Shown piece after piece: positions 13,331-27,482 of a DNA stretch of 64,000 bases. Source of the DNA: Vicugna vicugna (taxonomy: Eukaryota); contig MU061579.1 of NCBI GenBank assembly GCA_013265495.1, positions 1,021,159-1,085,158 of the forward strand. The letters are read 5' to 3'. Within the stretch, counting starts at the first letter, position 1. Every line of letters starts with the position of its first letter. Both the position numbers and the translations under genes were made by a program. The notes under the pieces were generated by a model. It was not told the DNA's origin. It ran no database searches and saw only the letters and a list, made by a program, of their open reading frames with translations.

Positions 13331-13423
13331 ATTCATGTAGTTATAACCAGTAGAGAGAAATTGCTTTTCACTTCTGAAACTTTCCTGTACATAGTATCCT
13401 GGATGAAGTCAAGAATGTGTCTT

Positions 13424-13602
13424 TAGTGACTGGCTTATCAAGGTGTGACCTGCATAGCAGGAAAAATAGCTTCACCTAAAATCCTGTGAGGAATTTGGCA
13501 CCTAAGGCTCCACCAGGCAGACCTATTGCATCTCAATCTTTATTTGACTAAGGTCCCCTGGGGATTCTACGCAAGCACATGAAAGTTTGGAAGGCACTGC
13601 CT
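13424..13602. mobile_element. MER5-like hAT-Charlie DNA transposon fossil
   Basis: 'tcaaggtgtgacctgcatagcag...cagacctattgcatctcaatct...ggggattctacgc...aaagtttggaaggcactg'. Confidence 0.6.
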
Positions 13603-16600
13603 TAGTGAGTTGGCAACAACCAAAAACAATTTTGAAAACTACAGATATATTAAATAATATTTCAAAGTTATTTCATCTTGATAATTTTTGTGGCGATTAT
13701 TTATTAAGATAATGTGCTTTTCCTCATAATGTTTTTGGAATCGGGGGTATTCTGTGGTTTTAAGAGTAACAAAATTTGAGAAAATGTCTTCTATATTCAA
13801 CTCTATCAGCCTTTTTTGTTTGTTTGTTTTAGCCCTCTAGAGTTTTTCTGAAGTTTCACACTGATCTAATATATTGATGATAATGTGCTTTGTATATGTT
13901 AGCGTTATATTTCTGCAGTGTAGACTACATGTAGGAAAAAGCAGGAAATATTAGCAAGGAAACTTGAAGCATAAATCAGACGCTGGTCTCAGGATTATTT
14001 AAAATAACATCCAAGGAAACCGTTGAAGATAATAATGTACATAATACAGCTTTTCTTTTATTTGAACACTAAAGTACAATAATACACTCTTCTGTAGCGT
14101 CTCATGAATTTTTAAAAATTTCATAATATCCTTATTCACTCTGAATCTGTCTCAGTTAAAACTATCAGAGAACCTTTTGTCTGTATACGTGTGATTTGTA
14201 TCTGTTAAGAAAATGTTTTTAAAAAGAAGCATCACATATATATTTATATCCTCATAAAGCTTAGACACCTAAAGAAAATATTTTTTAAAAAAGAGAAAAA
14301 ATACACCAAGAATACCATAAAGAATCTTTCCAATCCATTCTGTTACCAAGGTTATGTTTTGAAGTATAAAATGTTTTACTGTTATTCGTTATATCTTTTA
14401 ATTTCTCTGCTTTGTATCATTTTGAAGGATTTCAGAATGTAAGGGAGTATATTATCTGTTAAAGCAAGACAAGTTTTCTGTCTACATTTTTACCCTCAGG
14501 CAGCACGTTGACAAATGGACATGAATTGTGCCTCTGAGTGTCCCGTAAGCTGGTATTGTCCTGACACTGCGAAGTGTTTACCACGAAAATCCTACACATC
14601 CATCACCCAGGGCCAGCCTTTGCCTGATTCTAATTCCACTGACATTGAAATCTGAAACTCTCTGAGTCATTTATCACACCTATTAAAATGTTCCATTGTG
14701 AATTAGAATAGCAATTCACTATTATTTCAGAGTGCTGCCCAAGGGGCATTCTTTGCAGCAATCTTAATACTTTATTGAAATAGTACTTTGGTTTTAATAA
14801 ACGATTCTTCGCAAAGGTACCCAGCTTTCAATTATTAAAGGTGATGTTGGCTTTTTAAATCTGGCACCTGTGCCCAAGATTATGAAAATCCCTTAGTTTA
14901 ATATTGCATTTTTCTGCTCTAAATATTCCATCCTTGATATTTTAACATGGATATGTCAATTGGATTAATTAGACTATTGTATAAAGAATATCTCTCTTAA
15001 ATTCCCTTTTTGAAATGGAGTCAAATGATCTACATATAATGAAAACTTCAAAATAACAAATATAGCATAAGAATAAAAAGAAAATACCATTTTTTCATAG
15101 GAAATTAGGTATGCACAATAGAGCATTTCTGAATAGAACATATTATTTTGTACAACTGGCTTCTCACAAACCATGATGTGTTACAAGATTTTTTTCAGAA
15201 AACTTTGAATATATTGTAGCGTAATCCACTCCTCTCTTTCTCTTTCTTCTCTCAATTTTTCTGTTTCTCCCTCTCATCTCCTATCGTGAATGACATCTGA
15301 CTAGGAAAAAGATAAAAATAATTTTGTACAAGTTCTAATTCTCTGCTACCACTTGAAGATTCAGTCACCAAGACTCTGAAGAAAGTTTTATTTTTGAAAG
15401 AAAAAACATTTAACTTATAATTTCAAAATTTAAATGACAAAATTATAGATGTTATAAATTAGTGCTTTCTTGGTAGCTAAAACATATGAAAATGGTATAT
15501 ATTTCCTCCTTAGATGTATTTTCTCTTTAGCCAATAAAGTGATGAAGCTACAGGCTAAATTATTTAGCCACAAGTATACAGCAAATGAAAGATGCAGAAA
15601 TAATAGCTTTTAACTGAGAAATTATAAAGACTTTTCCTGATGCTAAGTTGTGCCTACTTCTCAACTTTAGCATGTCCTTTCAAATATCTGCTTATGTATA
15701 CATTTTTTTAACCAGGAAAATTAAATTGGAAATTAAAGATATTTATTTATTTATATACATATTAAATTTATATTTTTCTAAATTAAACTCTGACCCAGTA
15801 ACTTTATAGCAATTTATCGTATGGAACCAAAGGAGATGGAAATTTAAGGGGAATTTTGTTTTTCTCTGCACTCTTGATAATTTTTTAAAATCTTGATGGA
15901 ACGTTTTCAGGTGACTATGATCCCCATTTATAGTAACAAGCAAGAAAAAGTGGCTTACAATTAGATTTCTTATGCTAGCCGGCCAGAAGAACGCCAGATA
16001 GCAAAAATTAAAAAAAAAAAAAAGATTTTAGGACAACAGAGTGAACAGTGCGTCTAGGGAGGTAAATCTGAGGGAGGCAGATGGAAACAAGAAAGTTGTG
16101 TCTGAATGAAAGTGATCCAGACTTCTAAAACCATTCAAGCACAACTGTAGTCCCACTGTTACGCTGTCTTTTGTCCTCAAAGTGGAGAATCACTGCATTG
16201 CTGTTCAGAAGACTGTTTCATCTATAAATGGTGATTCTAAGCCAGTCCCATAAACGTGAGGGAGAGAGGAGCCTCTGTGTGCCGGGCCTTCGCCTCCTCT
16301 TCAGAGTGAACACTCAGCGGTGGATCTAGGCACTGTCATACAATTTCATGGATTCACCCTGGTTTCACAAGAAAATTTCCAGAACTTCCAAAGCTAAATT
16401 AAAAAAAAAAATCTGAATAAAGATAAGCACAGACAGCCCACAATGTAGCTTTTGAGCTTTTTGGTAGCATAATTGTATTTTTCATTCTCATTTTCTAAAA
16501 TTGGATTTCTGAGAGGCAGGAGAGATTCCAAAGCCTTACACAATTCTGATACCCATGCAGTACCCCAGACATTAAAGTCAGGGGACGTTGGATATTCTCT

Positions 16601-19479
16601 GACCATAAATATCAGGAGTATTTATACTTTATTGGAGAGGAAGTTGAATGGACCACTAAGCACAGTTCAAAAACAACAATTAAAAGTAGAAAGAAAATAT
16701 TATTTTCTGAACAGACGAGGTCTATCTAGAAACTGATTTTTATTTTAAAAAACAAAATGTTCCTATGATCACCCTCTTCACAGGATGAATGAATTCCCTA
16801 CGTCACACCCCAAGTAAGGTGACTGACGGTCGTATACACATTAATTTACACTATGTTAAAACTGTCAAGTTGGAACTATTTCTGTTCCAGCTTCACATAT
16901 TCAAGGCCCTCTGAGAGTATGTGAATAGTGATGACACTAAATTACAGATAATTAAATAAACGAAAGAAAATGAAGATTTAAATAAGAAAACCTGATGAGA
17001 GGGGAAAAATCATCAAATTGAAGTTTGATACATGGTGCCTTTCATGTAATTTCTTTATTACAGAAATAATAATTAGCCCAGTAGCACTTTATTTTTAAAT
17101 AACTTACCAGTGAAAATGATACTGTTAAAAATGTCTGACAGCCTTATTAAGAACACACGAATCTAGTCACATAGTGCTAACATATTTTTCCATCTCTACT
17201 GCCAATATAATGTCCACACAAGTTTGGAGTTTCCCTTTTATGTTAAGTAACAACCTGGAGTTGAAAAAATTATTTAATTGATTGTAAATATCAATTTGGG
17301 TGATTTTTATTCGGGATAGTTTTCATGTTCCTGTTTTATAATAAACATGTACATAAAGTTCACTTACGAGGCACCTAATTGCCTTGGTTAAGAGAATAAA
17401 ATAAAATAAATAGGTTGGATTCCAGTTCATCCAAATCATGTAAAGTATTTGAAAAAAAAGGCCAGAAATATAGATATTGGAATGACATTGCAATAAAAAG
17501 TGGACTTTTAAAAAAAGTTCTAGTATTTTTATCTATATTCCACCACATTTTAAATATAATGGAAGACTTACTTGATGATTTTCAAGGTTCTGATTTGTTG
17601 TGAAGATATTTAGACATTAGCATATGGAAAATTACTATACGTTTGCTTCTTGCTTACTTAGAAAGCTCCCCAAGATAAATTCTAATACATTAGAATTACT
17701 AATTGTTAAACTGGAAATTTTATAAAATCAGGTTTTAAATAATGAGAAAAGTATGCAGCATACAGATACAGCAGTGTTCAGTGGAAATTTTATAGCCTGG
17801 ATTTCCATTTTAATAAAAGTATAATGACATTTTTTTCACTCTTAGATTGGAAATGTTAAAAAATAATATATTGTATCAGCATTCTCTTAGTTTGCTGGAG
17901 GGTGTTGAATTTGTATCCTTCTATGAAGATTCAAAATTTTGTATGCTTTGCTACCCATTAATTCCACTTCTAGGGGTACAGTATATAAATGATTTACAAA
18001 TAAAATTGACATGTGTTGGCTAGTGACTATCACACTGGACAATGCAAACTCAAGCCTGGTTGTCCAAGTGTCCTAAACATGATTGAATCATCGCAGATGT
18101 CATTTAGCACTTCCGGGCTTCCAGCTCCTCAACGTCTCTCCTCTGGTGGAGATCGTCACTACCCAGATCATCCTAACCCTGAGAGGTAGATTGGACATCT
18201 TTCCCGCTACTGTATTATTGCAGAAACAGTCAATTTGCATGCTTCATCTGGGTTTCTAGGAATAGAACTGAACTTTTGTAGAGTAAGTTCCAGAATATAT
18301 TGAAAATGTTAAAGTAAGTTACTGTGTGTGCATATAGGTTTTCATTGTTAATTGTTACTGTAACTATTAAAAGTAACAGCTACCCTTTAAAATTAAGTAA
18401 AATAAACATGTGTTCAAAGATATCTATTCATTGCAGCAATTGTTACAATTATTCGGTTATTCCTTTATAGTGTTATTGGGTTATGATCAGAGCTTAGTAT
18501 CTCCCTTTTGGAGTTTGTTGGATTTCTTTTGGAACTAAAATTCTGTTACAATATTTTGAATACCGGAAAATACTATTATTTTCAGTGTATGATAATATGA
18601 TATATTTGCTTTATATTTAACTTATTAATCAATTAATGTGGACCATATCACTTAGTGCTAAAACTTTTGCTATTTCTGCTAAAATTCTCTGGCTCAGGGA
18701 AATTTTAAGGTTAACTGAGTTGAATTTCATCATACATTTCATGTAACATTCTGTTAGGAATTTTAATATTCAACATGTGTTTGTGTTTAAATTATGTATG
18801 CCAAGAAAAACCTTGTCCTGAAAGAAATATATTGAGTATTTATGAAAATAAATTTAGAAAAATGTTAAATAATTTTTTTTCACATACTGTTTTAGGATAA
18901 AAATATACTGAGAGAAGCTTACTGACATTGTGACTCAAGCTCAAAACCCTCTACATTTTTTTCTTTAAGACTGTAAATTAATATGTTCTATTTCTACCTA
19001 TGCGAGCTAAATGAATTTCTTTGGTTTACTCCATCCAAAGTTCACTTGGATATACAGGTACAGTTAGAATTGTGGGGAATTGACTGAGAAAACTCAGTTG
19101 GCACCCAGGTTCTACTGCTTAATAAGAATAATAAATAATTAACCTAATTTTTCTAAACCTCAGTTACCCCATAAGTTTACTTGAGGATTAGCTATTAGCT
19201 AAACTAAGACACAAAGTTCTAATTATGCTCAGTAAGTGGTAACTTCTCAGGATTTAGAGTCTGAAAATACATATTAGATTTAGTTTATTTTTATGCTATT
19301 TATGTCTTCCAAACACTTTTTTGTTCCTTGATATATGTGGCTAAGAGAGTGGAATTGAATTTTCCTTCTATTAATGTTTTGCTATGTTTCCTCATAACCC
19401 CATAAGTTTTAATTTAAAATATTATATTTAAGTATATATAATATAATATATCTTATGGCTTATCAATATTTTAACATTT

Positions 19480-20900
19480 CTTATTTTAGATCATATACTT
19501 TACCATTAATCAATAAACACTCTTGCCTTAGTTAAGGTTTTTTAATCCTACTTTAATTTAGTTTGATTTAAGGATAGTGAATCCCAAATTCAGTTTTTAT
19601 TTGCCTGGCATGACTTTCTCTATTTTGCAAATTTCAATCTCTCTATGCAATTATATCTTTTAATGTAACATATAAACATGTTTTCTTTGTAACCCACTTG
19701 ACCTGTTCTTTTTAGAGGCGAGTTTAGCCCAGTTGCACATATTGCTGTCGCAGGCATATTCTGTTGACATTCAGCATTCTTCCATTTCACACTAGATATA
19801 GTCATAATTTTTAAAAATTTTATTATATACTCTGTGATGGTTTTTTTCTACCCCCCAAGCATAGTGTTTTACGATGAATTTTAGCATTTATATTTTTCAC
19901 TTCCTTTTGTACTTGAATTTCATCTTGGCTGAATATAAAATCTCTTCATAACATTTTCTTTTCTTTCCTTTCTTTTTCTTTTCTTTTTCTTCATTTTTTT
20001 CATCTTCCATTTTTACTTCCTTCTTCTGGGTGTGTGTGTTTGTGTGTCTGTGTGTGTGTTTGTATGTGTGTGTGTGTGTTTGTGTCTGCGTGTGTGTGTG
20101 TGTACGTGCAGGTATTTTTGAGGCATTTCTCTGTTCTCTTTAACTGATTTAATTCTAGATTAATCTGAAGAAAATCTAATTTTTTGATTATTTTCTTTTC
20201 ATAAGTGGTTTGAAATTTTGCTTAGTTGCTATAATATCTTTCTTTCCATACCTTTCAGCAACATTGTCTTTACTTGAAAATGTCCCATTGTTGATAGTCC
20301 TATATCATAACTTCTTAGGTTTGTAAGTATTACTTGTTATTTCACTGAAAATTTTTGAATTATATGTTTAAAAACTGCAGAATAAGCCAAACAGGTATAT
20401 GATAGATCTTCATCTCTCTTCGACATCAAGCATTCCTTTGATGACACCTATGATTGATCTTTGGTCATTTCAATTTTTGCTTATTTCTTCTACATTGAGC
20501 AATTTATGACTTACTTTTTATTTTTTGTGATAGCACTGTATTTCCTTTTATTTCTTTAGTTCTGTTGCTCATATTTCATGTTTTCAATAAATGATGTATC
20601 CCTTCATTGTGCTTTTATTGTACAATGGGAATTGATTCATTAAGATTTGTTTTTCAATTTATATTAGCATTTGGTCAAAAATTTTATTTTTGCTCAGTAA
20701 CACCGTTTCTTATTGATGATCTTCATCTGCCAACATTTTTATTTTTCTTTTCTTGCCCTCCCTTTTTCCTATTCTTATTTTTTTTTAATTTTTCTTGCAC
20801 AGATTCCGTTTTGGTTTTAGGTTAAATATTGCACTTTTTTGAATGAGGTTAAGTTCTGGCTGGACCAGATATTAGTAAAGGGTTCATGGTGGGGAGAGGT
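19480..20900 (-). mobile_element. Degraded old L1 fragments
   Basis: T-rich strand with L1-like motifs ('tttatttgcctggcatgac', 'gagtttagcccagttgcacatattg', 'cttggctgaatataaaatc'). Confidence 0.45.
20030..20103. repeat. Imperfect (TG)n microsatellite
   Basis: Directly visible interrupted TG run. Confidence 0.95.
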
Positions 20901-22189
20901 CAGCAACTTTTTATAAGGTACTTTGTTTCAGTGATTGATAAATCTTAAACTTCCCTTCTCCCCATCAACATGATAGGCACAGTGTGAGAGCTCACAGCCA
21001 TTTTTGGTTCAGCAGTTGAGTACTGAAGCCACTCAGTGGATTAAATTGAAAGAATGGAAATGAGGAAGTTTCCCATTCTTGTTGCAGTAGTATGTAGCAC
21101 CAATCTAAAATAAGATAACTAATCTGTAAAGAATTAGGGATCTTGTAGACAGCTTTGATGCTCAAAGTAAAGCCCTGTGTTTTGACATGAATGGTGTTCT
21201 ATGCCTTATACCTCATCCCTTTCCTTTTATTCTATCAAAGCCTTCTGGTGGCTAACTTAGAGTCAGCACTTACTTTCATGTGTAGTGAAACAGACACACC
21301 CAAGATAAGAGTGTAGACAGACAAGCTAGGCCCACCAGACCTTATTATTATACACATGTCCATTTTAGTAACAATAAGTGTAATCCTAAAGACAAAAAAA
21401 AACTAACAATAAATGAATACATTTGACTACAAACACCAGAAAAAATAAAAGAAAAAGATGAATCAGAAAACATGTGCAATATGTATGATATATTGTAAGA
21501 AGATGATTAATCACACCAGCAGAAAAAAATATAAAATATGTATCAAAACGATTTACAAAAAAAGAAAGATAAGTGTCCAGTTTAGATATATGGGTTTACA
21601 CCAGTGCTCAATTATGTGAGCATTTAATTAATTTGCATAAAATAGGAATAAACTCTGTTTTTAAAAAAATTCTGTCCAATATTCAAGGTTACTATGTATA
21701 TATTGTTGATTGGAATAAAAACAGGCAGTCAATTTATCAATACACGTTGATATTTTCAAATATTTATACTATTTGACCTAATAATTCAAATTTTAGAATC
21801 CTAGTCAGAGAAAACATTTGGTCTCTTTCAGATAGGGTATTCAGGGACTATCTCTCTGAAATTCAAATCTTGAACTTTCCAATTCAAAAAGGCAGTTGCT
21901 CTCAGTTGCTTTCAAAATGTGGGAAATCCTCAGCAAATATTCTAGGTCCGTCATAATATACTATCAGTACCAGACGTTATAATTCCACACGCATTATAGA
22001 TTTCTGACATAACAACTCACTTAGGCTTTAAAATAAACTGGGCTCTTATCCTTCCTAGCATGCTCCCCTTTATTCCATATTTACCCTGGTTTTCTCTCTG
22101 CCTAAAATCTCCTTTCTTATACCCATTCCTATCTTTCCCATCTGAAATTGTTTTTGGTCAGTTTAGAGAAGAAAAGTCCCATAGTTTTC

Positions 22190-22740
22190 ACCATCTCAGT
22201 TAGTGGCTACTCCGTCCTTAGAATATCTCAAGTCAAAAAAACCCTTGGAAGTATTCTTGACTCTTCTCTCAGTGAGTAAATCCAATCTATCAGCAAATCC
22301 TATCATCCTGCCTTCAAAGTGGATTCTGAATCTGACCACAGCTCACAGCCACCACTTCTGATAAATGCCGGTCCAAGCTACCATCATCTCTTCACTATAT
22401 TCTGAAACATACCTCTTAATGAGTCTGCCTTTTTACTCTCTTCAGTGTAGGTCCTTGGTGGCTGTAAGAATGAGTCTGTTAAGACATAAATCAGAGCATG
22501 CTATTCTTTTTCACCCTTCAATTACATTCCTATTTCACCCAACAAAAAAAGGACCAATGTTTGAATAATGGCCTAACAGCCTCAATATGAGCTGATCCTG
22601 TGCCCCTCTGACTTCCCCTCTAACTCTTCCTTCCTTACTCTCTTATCTCTAGCAGTACTGGCTTTCTTGCTCATCTATACTCAGTCTGTCTATTTCCACT
22701 TTAGGGCTTTTGCTATTTTGCTACTTCTTCCATATTCTAG
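22190..22740 (+). mobile_element. L2 LINE fragment (L2a-like)
   Basis: 'ccatctcagttagtggc...ttcttgactcttctctc...aatccaatctatcagcaaatcctatc...ggtccaagctaccatcatctct'. Confidence 0.8.
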
Positions 22741-23244
22741 TGCTACTGTGTGCTTGTTTTTCGTATAATCACCTGAACACAACATACTCTCCTTGGCGGC
22801 AGAAGCTGAATCCTGGTTAGCAAACTATCCCTCCCAGAAGCCGTGAGCACCATCTGCAATTTCTAACTTTGCCATAAAATATTGGTTAAATCGAGTTTAA
22901 GTGAACTTGGATTCAAAGGGGTTAAATACGTAACTGAAGGTCCTACACGGAGTTAGTAGTAGAAGGAATGTGTCCACATCTTTTGATTGCAAGCCAAGCA
23001 GCTAGCCTGTTCTACCTCTAGTAGGAATTCATACTGAAGCGCTGAGTCAGATTTTGCAGAGGAGTTCTCATTAACTGACTATACCCTCCTTCACAGAGCA
23101 AAGGTCTCATTAAAAGAAAGCTGAGACTCGTGGGATTTTCATATGGACAAGCAGAAAAAATGCAGATCTCATTTAAATGAAAACATACTGTACTTCCCCT
23201 TGAGATGCTATCCCCAGGATTTGCTATTATCTTTAATAACCCTC

Positions 23245-23270
23245 TGTGTGTGTGTATGTGTGTGTGTGTG
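23245..23270. repeat. (TG)n microsatellite
   Basis: Directly visible. Confidence 0.9.
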
Positions 23271-24639
23271 GGTACACACACACTGGTGGGCATGTATTCC
23301 AATGTACTCAAGAAAGAGACATATTTACATTATTGCTTCTTTTATTTCTGAGAAAAACAATAATCAGGTGAGCTACCTATGTGGAATTTTAAAATTCCAT
23401 TCCCCCATCCCCATTTTCTCTCTTTCTTTCTCTTTGGTTATTTCACTTTATTGTGTACTCTCCTATTTTAAACTCTATTTAACTTTTTTCTTCTTTTAGT
23501 TCATTAAAATCCTTTTGGTGAAGTCATCAGCATGGCTAAATATTATAAAAAAATCATCTCAGACTTTTTTAGACATAGGGAAATTTACAGAGGATGTTAA
23601 ATAACTAATAAACACAAAAATTTATTTTGGAAATATTTCATATTGGCTAACCATACTGTGTTCATCTTCAACTAAACATTAGATAAAAATGAATGTTGAC
23701 TAACCCTTTCAAACAAACGAACACAAGACAGTTTTAATGTAACTTTAACTTGTCAATTGAAAGTAAACTATTTTTCTTCTGAATTTTTTGTCACGTTTAA
23801 GCTACCCATCATTAATGCTCTCAGGGTAATAATAGAATATATTTTTAAATATAGTAATAATTGTTATTTTAGTACAGAATTACTAAAATAATTTAGTTAT
23901 GCTTGGAATGAATGTTATTAATGTTGTTGTTTTATGTTTGTCTTGACACCGGATAGTGATCTTTGCCAAGAGATACAGAAACCTGACTTAAGCACTTTGC
24001 ATTCATATAACCTCATACCTTCATCATTTTTTAATTGATTTAGTTTGAATGAAAGATAAGTTCCTCTGCCCTTTACAAAGTTGTAGTTTAACTATATAGA
24101 TACAGTTTAAGATTAAGCTTCTTTCTTTTAATAGCATAGTGAAAATGTCTAATTTAAAGTTGCCAGGAGTCCAAAAGAGATTAAATCAAATTGTTTTATA
24201 CTGAACAGCCTAGTGATTTTAAAAATGTTCCAGAAATAGAATGAGGAATACACAAAAGGAAAACTATGAAATACGTCCAAAGTACAAAGAGATAGCGATG
24301 CACCATGCATCATGAATAATGAAAGTAAACATAGGGACGGAGACATAAGAACATAAGAGCCATGACTCTATTACTTTGTCTCATCTCTTTGCCTACTCTT
24401 TATGCAAATAATAATAATTTGCACAATGCTTTCCTAGTGCTTTAATATAGATAATACCTTTCATATAATAAGATTTGTTAGAAATAATATTCAGAATTCA
24501 AAGAATAAATACTTCATTATCCAAGTGGTTGCCTATATACAAGCTCTTTTAAGAATTTTATGGCAAAACATTTAAAAGAAAAATATTTGGGGACCTGATG
24601 GTGATGATGAAATCCCTTTACTCTCCCTATGTAGCATAC

Positions 24640-24775
24640 ATAACATCATCATGAGAGCGACATTCCATCTCATTTGCTGTATTCTGTTGATCAGAAGCAA
24701 CATGCAGATGTCACTGCACTCAAAGAGAGGGACCTACGCCGCTCATCAGGGTGTGTGTCACCTTAGAGTGTTTCA
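24640..24775 (-). mobile_element. MaLR (MLT1) LTR fragment
   Basis: 'catcatgagagcgacattccatctcatttgctgtattctgttgatcagaagcaa...cactcaaagagagg...caccttagagt'. Confidence 0.55.
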
Positions 24776-27466
24776 GCACTAAGATGTTAGAACATATGGA
24801 AGATATTTAGAGCATAGCTTAAAACAAACATCATGGCATTTCTCGGATTTCTTTGTAACTTGAAAATATCCTCTGACTCATTGAGTTTTTGGTTTTAAGA
24901 GTTACTCTTCTACATTTAGTACTGAGCCTCTAAATTAGGTATATAAAAAATGTTGAAATCATGTTCAACTTCCTTAGAAGAAAATTAAATTTGGATGAAT
25001 AAATTTTGTCTTAAAATTATAAAATAGCAAATGGATTTTAAAAGCTATATCATTTCACATTTTGGTGAAGTATTATTTGGGGTACTATATATACTGCATA
25101 TTTATAAAGTATATTCCAAGGAAATTTGGAGGGAAGTACACTGAAACTGAGTAACAAAAGTGTTCATTATATCACTATAATAATAATAATAGAACATTGA
25201 GATAGGTCTAAATGCTGGAGAATTAACTAAGTTTGTCACACTTCTGAATGGACCAGGCTAAGTAGGGTACATTAAGAAGTAGAATTTTTTCTACAATTAT
25301 TCAAACGCAATCTGTCAGATTTCCCATTGCTGCTAGTTAAGGATGTCTTGAGCAAATGGCACAACTTTTATTTTTTAACTTTGAAAATTCTTCACATAGT
25401 ACAAAAGACCAATTTGGTTAAATCACAACTTTAGACTTAAACCCAATTTTAAGTTTCTGCCTTTCCCCAAGTTCGGGTCTGATCGTGGATTCAAGATCAG
25501 CAACCAGAGAAGAGGGGATATGATCTGGTCTTTTCCCAGTCTTGACATTAGTCTTTTCTCCAATCCTTCTGCTTCTGTTTCTTTTATGCTGAAGAGAGTT
25601 GGTGTTAGGGGAGCAGGGATGGGAGGGAAAATGTCAAATAAATGTTTTATTTGGTTTTGATTTCACTTAGTGGAGGCTAATGGTATTTCTCTTAAGCCCA
25701 TCAAATGCAATCTGTCCAAATGCTGGTTTCCAAATGTTGGCTATTTGGTAGGGTTCATAAGTGAGTTCCTCAGAGAACCTGCAGAAGATGTCTGCAGCGC
25801 ACAATTCCCTGCTTTGAACCATGACTTCTTACATCTCTCTTCCTATCCCTTTATAACAAAATACTCCAACTTTGCTTCTATGTGTTCAATTATCAGCCAA
25901 GTTTGTGCCTTGATGGATTTGGGGGGAGGGAGGAACTTTGTTCTTCCAGTCACTCCATTTCTCAGTCTCCACTGTAGTGCAGTGATCAGGGAGTAGGAAT
26001 AAAGGGAAAGAGGCCAACCAACACCCTTTCTAGACCTTAACAAGCTGGACACCTGTCCTGTAGCTTGCATATCATACAAAATGTGCACAAAATAATAAAA
26101 AATGGAATAAACATATTAAAAAATATGTTTGGCTTGCTTATACAAGATTTTGGCTTGATGTTGACACCAGAAGACCTGTAACCATCAAGGTATTTACACT
26201 TGTATCTAACAGTGCTGAGAACTCGAGGAAACCCTTCTCCATCTCTCCTGCTGTGTATCTTTCAAAGAAAAGGTGCCTACATCCTACTGCCTTGAAAATC
26301 TGTATATTCTGTTTCTAGTGTCAGAGTCATACAATAAAACCTTTGAAATTTTAAATAATGTTTGCCTAATAAAAATGCTTCAGTAAGCAAAAAAAGACTA
26401 ATTAACTTGTCACATCCTTTCTTTCAGATAGCGTGAATGCAGCAGATTATTGCTTAATGGATTCCACCCTCTTGGAGTGCCAGATTTTCATTTTCTTGGT
26501 ATTCCTATTTATGATTTCAGAATGAGTGAGATACTTTCAGTGGTTATATACAATGAGTAAGAAACATTTTTAATATTAAAAAATGCACACTACCCTTTAA
26601 ATTTGCTCATATTATATGTGTATGTGTCTAAATATAATGTTCATTATTAAGAAGATATCAATGCATTAAACTTGGCAATACATTGATAACCTGATAACTT
26701 TATCTTATAATTATTTGAAATATTTCAGAGAACTTCTAAAAAAACTTATAGCTAATGTTATTTAAATAATTCTGAAGTGTTTTTACATTCATTGTTGATA
26801 GTTTGTATTTACTCTTTTAATGTTAATAGAGAATTATGAAAATTTTAAAAGAAAAATAACCTTTTGAGACATACATATGGCTTAATTACTCATATTTAAC
26901 TTAACTGACTTTTTTTACAATTAGTCACAGTTTTACACTTCAAAACAATTACATCTTATTTATAAATTATTTTATATTATTATTATTCTTTGAAAATAAG
27001 TTGTGGAAATCTTGATTGCAATAATATAATTATTGTTTTTCTGAAAAAGGATAAGCAAAATAGATCATGTGGAATAAATACAAAAATGATGTGTGTATTT
27101 TATTTTATTACTCACTAAACATAACTTTCCACCTATAGAATATTTAGACATGCAGATAGTCATTAAACTCATTTTTCTGTGTGAAATCCACAGCCTCATC
27201 CATATTTTAAAATGTTATCATTATGAAGGTAAACTTATCAGATGGGAAAATAGAATAGATATTATTTAACAATTTGTCACCCTGATTTATGACTTGATAA
27301 TATTTTTATGTATATTATCTGGCTCCTTATTTGTGTCCTTGCTTCTGGCTTTAAGACCCGAGGGGCACTCATGGGTACAACATCTCTTTATTTAACAAGA
27401 AAAGCTTGTTATTCTCTCATTGATTTTTTTTTTTCCCTGAATCTCTGGCTAATAATGATTGACTAT

Positions 27467-27482
27467 CAGCGCCCTCTGTGAG
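27467..27482 (-). promoter_or_regulatory. Candidate CTCF motif
   Basis: Reverse strand CTCACAGAGGGCGCTG matches the AGRGGGCGC core; 5' part is imperfect; motif only. Confidence 0.3.

Noticed and set aside
25300..25722. Near-repeat 'tcaaaYgcaatctgtc' at 25301 and 25701
   Set aside because: Only ~16 bp with no extension; compatible with chance. The surrounding 25.4-26.0 kb may be an old LTR that I could not assign
26415..26562. Possible + strand exon (tcctttctttcag acceptor, gtaaga donor)
   Set aside because: Stops in all three frames and no supporting neighbours; such sites are common by chance, though a non-coding exon cannot be excluded
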